Below are positions 25,468-32,000 of a DNA stretch of 32,000 bases, in pieces. Below the pieces are notes generated by a model. The model was given only the letters and a program-made list of their open reading frames with translations. It had not been told where the DNA came from and ran no database searches. Source of the stretch: Candidatus Scalindua sp. (GTDB lineage Bacteria; Planctomycetota; Brocadiia; Brocadiales; Scalinduaceae); contig JALDRA010000001.1 in NCBI GenBank assembly GCA_031316235.1, forward strand, positions 3,930,001-3,962,000, read 5' to 3'. Every line of letters begins with the position of its first letter. Position 1 is the first letter of the stretch. A program made the translations under genes and the position numbers.

Positions 25468-27261
25468 ATGCAGAATACCTTTAATGTAATTGTAGCTACA
25501 GATTGTGGCAGCACGACAACCAAGGCAATACTTATAGAAAAGAAGGGAAATGAGTACAGGCAGACCTTCAGGGGTGAAGCTCCGACAACGGTTGAGTCGC
25601 CATTTGAAGATGTGACCAGGGGAGTTCTCAACTCGTTTGCAGAACTTGAAGAGCTGTCTGGCCGTAAGTTGCTCGACGGAGAGAAAATTATCATGCCGGC
25701 AAATGACCTTACCGGTGTTGACATGTACATCTCTACCAGCAGCGCGGGCGGGGGACTTCAGATGATGGTTGCAGGCGCAGTCAAGACGATGACGGCCCAG
25801 AGCGCTCAGATGGCGGCACTGGGTGCCGGTGCAATCGTGATGGACGTTATAGCGTCTAATGATAAACGTCTGCCTCATGAGAAGATTGAAAGAATACGGT
25901 ATCTTCGACCGGATATGATACTGCTCGCGGGCGGGACGGATGGCGGGACAGTTACCCACGTTGTAGAACTGGCTGAATATATCGCTGCTGCCAATCCTAA
26001 ACCGAGGCTTGGTACAACATTTCAGCTACCCGTTATTTATGCTGGCAATAAAGAGGCGAGGGACAGGATCAGGGAGGTTTTGGGGAGTAAGACGGCATTG
26101 AGGATAACGGAAAATCTGCGTCCGCAACTTGAAAGAGAAAATCTCAATCCTGCAAGAAAAGAGATCCAAAGCCTCTTCCTGGAGCATGTAATGGCTCATG
26201 CTCCAGGTTATGACAAATTGATGTCCTGGACAAGTGCCCCCATAATGCCGACACCCGCCGCAGTGGGTGCAATAATTAAGGCAATTGCCAAAAAGGACGC
26301 TATTAATGTTGTTGGCGTTGATATCGGCGGGGCGACAACAGATGTGTTTTCAGTATTTGATGGTATTTTCAATAGAACGGTAAGCGCAAATTATGGTATG
26401 AGTTACAGTATATCAAATGTGGTTGCGGAAACTGGTATTGAAAATATCATGAAGTGGCTCTCTTTTGAAGTGGACGAAGCAGACGTTCAAAACAGGATTA
26501 AGAACAAGATGATTCGTCCTACCACGATACCGCAGTTATTGGAAGATCTCAAGATAGAGCATGCTTTAGCACGTGAGGCGCTAAAATTAGCCTTTGAACA
26601 GCACAAGTCCCTTGCAGTGACTTTAAGAGGCGTACAGAGAGGGAGGGACATATCCGAGACATTTAAGCAGACTGAGGACCAGGAAACTCTCATTGATATG
26701 AATAAGCTCGACCTCATCGTAGGCAGCGGTGGTGTCTTGTCACATGCCCCGAGAAGGTCTCAGGCAATGATGATGATGATTGATGCATTCCAGCCTCAGG
26801 GGGTCACGATGCTTGCCGTAGACAGTATTTTCATGATGCCTCACCTTGGAGTACTTTCCACAATAAATGAGCAGGCGGCAACTGAGGTTTTTGAGAAAGA
26901 CTGCCTGGTATATCTCGGCCATTGTGTCTCGCTGACAAACGCGGGGAAACAGGGTAGTAAATGTCTCGAATACCGAATTGTCTTTCAGGATAAACAGGAA
27001 AAAAAAGAAACACTTCTCTACGGTGAACTCAGATGTATTGATTTGCCTGTGGGTGAAGAGGCTGAAATCGAACTGACGCCTGCCAGGCAGTTCGATCTGG
27101 GAAGAGGTAAAGGACAGAAGGTTACAGGAAAAGTTACTGGCGGTGTCGTTGGTCTTATTATCGATACGAGAGGGAGGCCGCTTTCGATTCCGGGTGATAA
27201 AGAGTTGCAGAAAGAGAAAATTTCAAAGTGGAGCAAGGCGTTTCAAGCCTATCCTGATTAA
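25468..27261 (+). CDS. MutL/GlmL-family ASKHA (actin-fold) ATPase, orphan (no B12 mutase partner in window)
   Basis: 597 aa. Phosphate-1 motif VATDCGSTTTKAILI, second-lobe motif VGVDIGGATTDVFSV and adenosine motif LIVGSGGVLSHAP. An extra ~130-aa C-terminal domain is present. Confidence 0.8.
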   Translation: MQNTFNVIVATDCGSTTTKAILIEKKGNEYRQTFRGEAPTTVESPFEDVTRGVLNSFAELEELSGRKLLDGEKIIMPANDLTGVDMYISTSSAGGGLQMMVAGAVKTMTAQSAQMAALGAGAIVMDVIASNDKRLPHEKIERIRYLRPDMILLAGGTDGGTVTHVVELAEYIAAANPKPRLGTTFQLPVIYAGNKEARDRIREVLGSKTALRITENLRPQLERENLNPARKEIQSLFLEHVMAHAPGYDKLMSWTSAPIMPTPAAVGAIIKAIAKKDAINVVGVDIGGATTDVFSVFDGIFNRTVSANYGMSYSISNVVAETGIENIMKWLSFEVDEADVQNRIKNKMIRPTTIPQLLEDLKIEHALAREALKLAFEQHKSLAVTLRGVQRGRDISETFKQTEDQETLIDMNKLDLIVGSGGVLSHAPRRSQAMMMMIDAFQPQGVTMLAVDSIFMMPHLGVLSTINEQAATEVFEKDCLVYLGHCVSLTNAGKQGSKCLEYRIVFQDKQEKKETLLYGELRCIDLPVGEEAEIELTPARQFDLGRGKGQKVTGKVTGGVVGLIIDTRGRPLSIPGDKELQKEKISKWSKAFQAYPD

Positions 27262-27306
27262 GGCAGTGACCAAATTAATTTACCGTATCTGAACTGATTA
27301 AAAATT

Positions 27307-28455
27307 ATGACACATGCTTATACTCCCGGCTTAAAGTTGTCCGAGAAAATGGTAATCAGAAAAAAACGCTTCCTGCCTCTTCCCGGTGATGTAACTGTGG
27401 CAAAAGGTGACATGGTGAAGTGTGAGGATATTGTTGCGAAAACAACCCTGCCTGGAAAAGTTCATTCTCTGAATGTGGTAAACCGTCTTGGTATTTTACC
27501 AAAAGACATACACAGTTTTATGCTGAAGGGAGTGGGAGAAGATGTGCAGAAAGACGAGCCGATAGCAGAGACGAAGCCGATTTTTAAGTTTTTTAAGTCT
27601 GTCTGTTTTTCTCCCATCACGGGTAAAATAGAAAGTGTTTCTGACATTACCGGTCAGGTACTATTGAGACGACCACCTCTTCCGGTACAGGTAAGTGCAT
27701 TTGTTGACGGTAAGGTTGTAGAAGTTTTTGAACAGGAAGGTGTGGTAATTGCAACAACAGCAACGTTTATTCAAGGAATTTTTGGTATAGGAGGTGAAAC
27801 CACCGGTGAATTAGCGATTGTTGCAAAATCAGCCCAGGACATTATAAAAACTTCTGATTTGCAGAAGGAACACGAGGGGAAGATCATTGTTGCTGGTTCT
27901 CTCATACAGTATGATGTGATACAAAAATCGTTGGATATCGGTATAAAAGGTATTATCGTTGGTGGTGTTAAGGTTAATGATGTAAATCAGTTGCTCGGTT
28001 ATGATCTGGGGGTTGCAATCACAGGCTCTGAAGATATAAATATTACCCTTATCGTTACGGAAGGTTTTGGACAAATTGATATGGCACAAAAGACATTCGA
28101 AGTCTTACAATCGCGAGCTGGTTCTCTGGCATCAATAAGTGGTGCAACCCAGATACGTGCCGGTGTTGTCAGACCGGAAATAATTATACCATTTAAAGAA
28201 AAAGATGGAACTTCAGGGCTTGAATCACCATCAGGTGCTCCTGCCCAGGAAGAGACTGTCGGGATTAAAACCGGAGACCCTGTCCGTATTACGAGAACAC
28301 CGTATTTTGGAAAGATCGGCAATGTCAGGGATCTCCCGAGTGAATTAAGAAAGATAGAGACAGAAGCTGTTGTTCGGGTCATAGAAGTTGAATTTCCTGA
28401 TGGTCAGTCTGTTGTCATACCACGATCGAATGTAGAGGCGATAGAGGGCGGATAA
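27307..28455 (+). CDS. Soluble protein of unknown function: barrel-sandwich (lipoyl-like) halves + alpha/beta core + KOW/SH3-like C-terminus
   Basis: 382 aa with no TM. PGDVTVAKGDMVKCEDIVAKT and SPITGKIESVSD form the barrel-sandwich halves. The C-terminal region reads GDPVRITRTPYFGKIGNV...VRVIEVEFPDGQSVVIPRSNVEAI. It starts 45 nt after the ATPase gene. Confidence 0.7.
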   Translation: MTHAYTPGLKLSEKMVIRKKRFLPLPGDVTVAKGDMVKCEDIVAKTTLPGKVHSLNVVNRLGILPKDIHSFMLKGVGEDVQKDEPIAETKPIFKFFKSVCFSPITGKIESVSDITGQVLLRRPPLPVQVSAFVDGKVVEVFEQEGVVIATTATFIQGIFGIGGETTGELAIVAKSAQDIIKTSDLQKEHEGKIIVAGSLIQYDVIQKSLDIGIKGIIVGGVKVNDVNQLLGYDLGVAITGSEDINITLIVTEGFGQIDMAQKTFEVLQSRAGSLASISGATQIRAGVVRPEIIIPFKEKDGTSGLESPSGAPAQEETVGIKTGDPVRITRTPYFGKIGNVRDLPSELRKIETEAVVRVIEVEFPDGQSVVIPRSNVEAIEGG

Positions 28456-28492
28456 AAAGTGAGATGAGTTCCTTCAGATTAAGAGTATAAAA

Positions 28493-29713
28493 ATGTACAA
28501 AATTTTTTCTACAGTAATTTCTATCATATTGGTTTTCTCGTACGCCGGTCAAATCTCTGGAGCTGATCAGAAGATCATTATCTCCCCGACAGATTTCGAG
28601 GCCTTTGATACCCCTTCTGACGATGGGACAAGTGTATCACTCAGATGGCCATCCAGCCCCAGTGAATCACCAGATGCGGAATATGTTGTGTACGTGTCAG
28701 AGAACAGAAATGGACCGTTTGTTACAGAGGTATTGAGAATAAATTCTCAAACCATGTATGAAGACAACTCTCACTCTCAATTTCATTATGTCGAGGTCAA
28801 TCCAGGAAAGATCTTAAGCAGGAAGGGAGAGCGGAAAAACAACAGAAAGGAGAAGGAGGAACATTTCTTCAAGCTTGTCCTTATGTCAGGCAGCAGTACG
28901 GTTGAAACGAAAAATATCGCGTCTGCTTTTTCAAGGGGTGATTGGTTTGATTGGAAAAAGCTCAATAATTTTGTGTTAATGATCTCTTTTGTAGTACTCG
29001 TACTATTTTTTCTTAACCACGCTAAAAAGAGCCCTAACCTCTTCATCAGAAAGATAAACGGTCTTGATGCTATTGATGAGGCGCTGGGAAGAGCAACGGA
29101 AATGGGAAAGCCTGCACTCTTTGTTCACGGTCTGAACGGTATGGGAAGTATTTCCACCATCGCTGCAGTAAATATTCTTGGAAGAATTGCATACAGGATT
29201 GCCGAATATGATACAACACTCAAGGTTTCCAATATCGATCCGATTGTGATGTCTGTCAGTCAGGAGGTCGTCAAGGAGTCATACCTTGAAGCAGGAAGAC
29301 CTGATGCATACGTTCAAGACAACATATTTCTGGCTGCTTCTGAACAATTCCCCTATGTTGCGGCGGTGAGTGGGATAATGGTACGCGAGAAACCTGCGAC
29401 AAATTTTTTCATGGGTTATTTCTATGCAGAATCTCTTATTCTTACAGAAACTGGTGCAAATACAGGAGCTATTCAGATTGCGGCTACAGATTCATATACC
29501 CAACTTCCCTTTTTTATCACAACCTGTGATTATACCCTCATTGGAGAAGAGCTCTATGCGGCCAGTGCATATTTGTCTCGAGAGCCTTTGCTTCTGGGCA
29601 GTTTACGTGCACAGGATGTCGGGAAGGGAGTCTTGATTGCAGCTCTCGTCATAGGAACAATACTTGTTACTTGCGGCATTGGGTTTGTACGTTATCTTTT
29701 TATGGCAGGATAA
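28493..29713 (+). CDS. Membrane protein of unknown function (signal peptide, small beta domain, TM, ~200-aa domain, C-terminal TM)
   Basis: 406 aa. Signal peptide ILVFSYAGQISGA, first TM FVLMISFVVLVLFFL, C-terminal TM GVLIAALVIGTILVTCGIGFV. It starts 37 nt after the previous gene. Confidence 0.7.
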   Translation: MYKIFSTVISIILVFSYAGQISGADQKIIISPTDFEAFDTPSDDGTSVSLRWPSSPSESPDAEYVVYVSENRNGPFVTEVLRINSQTMYEDNSHSQFHYVEVNPGKILSRKGERKNNRKEKEEHFFKLVLMSGSSTVETKNIASAFSRGDWFDWKKLNNFVLMISFVVLVLFFLNHAKKSPNLFIRKINGLDAIDEALGRATEMGKPALFVHGLNGMGSISTIAAVNILGRIAYRIAEYDTTLKVSNIDPIVMSVSQEVVKESYLEAGRPDAYVQDNIFLAASEQFPYVAAVSGIMVREKPATNFFMGYFYAESLILTETGANTGAIQIAATDSYTQLPFFITTCDYTLIGEELYAASAYLSREPLLLGSLRAQDVGKGVLIAALVIGTILVTCGIGFVRYLFMAG

Positions 29714-29772
29714 GAAGACTGACCGGGTAATACCATATGAACCTAAAGCCCCTACTTGAAAATTTGTAGTTT

Positions 29773-29890
29773 CTATACTCACCTTATAATGGTTTTTCGG
29801 ATAAAATCCGAGAGAAAACGGAGCAAGTATGACTGTAACCAAGCTTTGGTTTTTAGAAAAATCTAAAACCAAAGCTTGGTTGCAGTATAT
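29773..29890 (-). repeat. Copy 2 of the structured repeat (inverted relative to copies 1 and 3)
   Basis: Reverse complement: ATATACTGCAACCAAGCTTTGGTTTTAGATTTTTCTAAAAACCAAAGCTTGGTTACAGTCATACTTGCTCCGTTTTCTCTCGGATTTTATCCGAAAAACCATTATAAGGTGAGTATAG. It contains a near-perfect ~19-bp hairpin. Confidence 0.8.
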
Positions 29891-30009
29891 CTTAAAAAAT
29901 AGATGAGAACCGGATATATTTCAGAACTGCCGGTAATTCCCGAATGGGTAGATTGGTTGTGAGAGTTGTATACTTTCAGCCAGGTGTAAAGAGAGGAGCA
30001 ACAGAGTAG

Positions 30010-30663
30010 ATGAATTTTTTCAAGAGAACTGTCCCCTTATTCATTGCATTCACTATGGGGGTAATGATGGCTTTTCAATACTATGTTCCGCATGAGATGT
30101 CACAGTCCCTGTTAAAGATTGTTTCACGGTGGGGTATTACAATAGGAGGTTTTGCCGTTTTTTTAGGCGCTTACAGCCTCTTCCATCTTCACCTGACGAA
30201 AATCAAGCGAAAACTCTCCGGTTGGGGATATAGCATATTTGTTTTTTTTGGTGCCGGAATTACCATAATTTTTGGCCTCTATAATGGTGGAGAGTTCTTC
30301 TGGAATGACAAGCAGGAAGGAACCATGTTTGAATGGATATACTTCAACGTACAGGTTCCTGCCGGTGCAACCATGTTTTCTATCTTGGCATTTTTTATGG
30401 CATCAGCCGCATACAGGACATTCAAGGCCAGGACGAATGAGGCTACTATTCTCCTCATTGCTGCCATCATAGTAATGCTTGGCCGTGTACCGATAGGTAC
30501 AATGATTTCGCAATACATCCCTGTTGCAGCGGACTGGATCATGTCTGTTCCTAACATGGCGGCAAAAAGAGGCATATTAATCGGTGTATCAATTGGAGCT
30601 ATTGCAACATCGTTAAAGATAATTTTTGGTATTGAAAGGGCATACCTTGGAGGTGGAGATTGA
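30010..30663 (+). CDS. Polytopic membrane protein, unknown function
   Basis: 217 aa with about six hydrophobic segments. AGAGGAG lies 12 nt upstream of the ATG. Confidence 0.7.
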   Translation: MNFFKRTVPLFIAFTMGVMMAFQYYVPHEMSQSLLKIVSRWGITIGGFAVFLGAYSLFHLHLTKIKRKLSGWGYSIFVFFGAGITIIFGLYNGGEFFWNDKQEGTMFEWIYFNVQVPAGATMFSILAFFMASAAYRTFKARTNEATILLIAAIIVMLGRVPIGTMISQYIPVAADWIMSVPNMAAKRGILIGVSIGAIATSLKIIFGIERAYLGGGD

Positions 30664-31472
30664 TAGAAAGGTTGATCAATATTGACAGACGCTTGATCTT
30701 TGTGCTTGTTGCAATGGCGGTAACCATCCCTCTTCTTGCCAGATTTAATTTGCCTGTGCGTACTACGAAAGAGGTGGAGAACATCTATAATAAAATCAAT
30801 TCTCTCCCGAAGAATTCACACATCCTTATTGCCTTTGATTATGACCCTGCATCAAAGGAGGAACTCCAACCAATGGCTGAGGCATTACTCCATCACTGTT
30901 ACCGCAACGATATCAAGGTGGTTGGCATGACACTGAATCCAGGTGGTACCGGTCTGGCGGTAAGAGCCATTGAGGATATTGGAAAAGAGTATGGTAAAAC
31001 AAAAGGTGCCGACTTTGTCTTTCTCGGGTATAAGACAGGGGTTGAGCTGGTTATGATAAATATGGGTGAAAATATCTTTTCAGCCTTTCCGCAGGACTTT
31101 CATGGTAATGCGACAATTGATTTACCGGTACTCAATGGTGTTGATTCTCTGGAGGATTTCGATTATGTTGTCGACCTGGCATCTGGTTCAAGCATCGAGG
31201 CATGGATTGCATTTGGAAAAGAGAAATATGGATTTGATTTTGGTGCAGGATGTACGGCCGTAATAGGACCTGACATGTATCCTTTCATGCAGTCTGAGCA
31301 GCTGAATGGATTGATGAGTGGTTTAAAGGGTGCTGCCGAGTATGAAACACTCATTGAACGGGAATCATCTGCTGTTGCCGGGATGTCTCCTCAGAGTGTA
31401 GTTCATGTGCTTGTCGTCCTGTTCGTACTATTTGGAAATGCTATGTACTTTCTGAGCAGAAAGAAGAGATAA
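30660..31472 (+). CDS. Bitopic membrane protein with ~210-aa soluble domain, unknown function
   Basis: 270 aa. The TTG start overlaps the previous stop (TTGA). The N-terminal TM is LIFVLVAMAVTIPLL and the C-terminal TM is VVHVLVVLFVLFGNAMYFL. Confidence 0.65.
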   Translation: MIERLINIDRRLIFVLVAMAVTIPLLARFNLPVRTTKEVENIYNKINSLPKNSHILIAFDYDPASKEELQPMAEALLHHCYRNDIKVVGMTLNPGGTGLAVRAIEDIGKEYGKTKGADFVFLGYKTGVELVMINMGENIFSAFPQDFHGNATIDLPVLNGVDSLEDFDYVVDLASGSSIEAWIAFGKEKYGFDFGAGCTAVIGPDMYPFMQSEQLNGLMSGLKGAAEYETLIERESSAVAGMSPQSVVHVLVVLFVLFGNAMYFLSRKKR

Positions 31473-32000
31473 ATGATCAAAAGAAACAGAGACCTGTACA
31501 TTCTATTATCAATCCTCATACTGTTCTTTATTGTAAACATCATTTACCTCTCTTTTGGCTGGCTTGATCTATGGGGTAATGGGGCAGGCATAATTACGGG
31601 TGCAGCATTTACGCTTGCCATGTATAGTTTTCTCTATAAAGACAACCCCGTATTTAAAATTGCCGAAAACCTGTTTGTGGGAGTTGCCATGGGATATTGG
31701 ATTATAATCACCTGGTTTAATATCCTCAAACCGGATGTCTTTGAAACCTTGATCGTTCCGATCTTTAAAGATACGGGAAATCCTCCTCAATTTGGTGTTC
31801 TCTTTCCAACACTTCTTGGCATATTCATGCTCTTACGGTTTTCTAAGAAGCTGGCATGGCTCAGCAGATGGTCATTTGCATTTATTGTCGGCCTCGGAGC
31901 AGGAATCACCATTCCTAACTTTATTCATGCGTTTATCTTGAAACAGCTCACGTTTGATTCCTTAATTAGCACAAGTATTCCCGCCAGTATGAACAATTTC
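31473..32000 (+). CDS. Polytopic membrane protein, unknown function (5' part; open to window end)
   Basis: The ATG abuts the previous stop (TAAATG). I read 176 codons without a stop: MIKRNRDLYILLSILILFFIVNIIYLSFGW...FAFIVGLGAGITIPNFIHAF. It is absent from the ORF track because no stop lies in the window. Confidence 0.65.
   Translation, partial: MIKRNRDLYILLSILILFFIVNIIYLSFGWLDLWGNGAGIITGAAFTLAMYSFLYKDNPVFKIAENLFVGVAMGYWIIITWFNILKPDVFETLIVPIFKDTGNPPQFGVLFPTLLGIFMLLRFSKKLAWLSRWSFAFIVGLGAGITIPNFIHAFILKQLTFDSLISTSIPASMNNF

Noticed and set aside
25243-25959. 238-aa minus-strand ORF (and the nested 128-aa ORF 25344-25730)
   Set aside because: It is antisense to the motif-rich 5' part of the MutL-like gene and runs through repeat copy 3. 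The protein is Cys/Arg-rich and featureless. It is a shadow ORF.

Overview
This 32-kb window comes from a moderately AT-rich bacterium that looks diderm (LPS-heptose gene hldE, GspF-type platform, many signal-anchored surface proteins). I cannot assign a taxon without a search. All family calls are motif recognition by eye; nothing was searched. Contents in order: (1) rpmE-prfA on the minus strand, an O-methyltransferase-hldE operon, cutA and bioF. (2) 6.1-9.9 kb holds a four-gene orphan type II secretion / type IV pilus inner-membrane platform operon (GspL/PilMN-like, GspM/PilO-like, GspC/PilP-like, GspF/PilC). No ATPase, secretin or pilins lie in the window. (3) 9.9-13.0 kb (minus) holds rfbB, a DegT-family aminotransferase and an FdtA-like 3,4-ketoisomerase, a dTDP-3-amino-3,6-dideoxyhexose route that is split by a structured repeat. 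(4) 13.9-23.1 kb holds two convergent surface-protein units: a 756-aa repeat protein, and a 262-aa protein plus a 1670-aa alkaline-phosphatase / cadherin-like / BNR giant. They share a ~100-aa domain I do not recognise. Each unit is preceded by what I read as a c-di-GMP-I (GEMM-I) riboswitch, one with an SD-sequestering helix and one with an overlapping intrinsic terminator. (5) Next come a VOC-family gene, a secreted hyper-charged K/E/R protein and a decayed 4Fe-4S ferredoxin-like relic. (6) From 25.5 kb to beyond 32 kb runs a tightly packed six-gene operon: a MutL/GlmL-type ASKHA ATPase, a soluble barrel-sandwich/KOW-like protein and four membrane proteins, with no B12-mutase partner. This is my best candidate for an undescribed system. 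A ~115-nt two-hairpin repeat occurs three times (11.2, 25.3 and 29.8 kb). I saw no rRNA, tRNA, CRISPR array, transposase or integrase.
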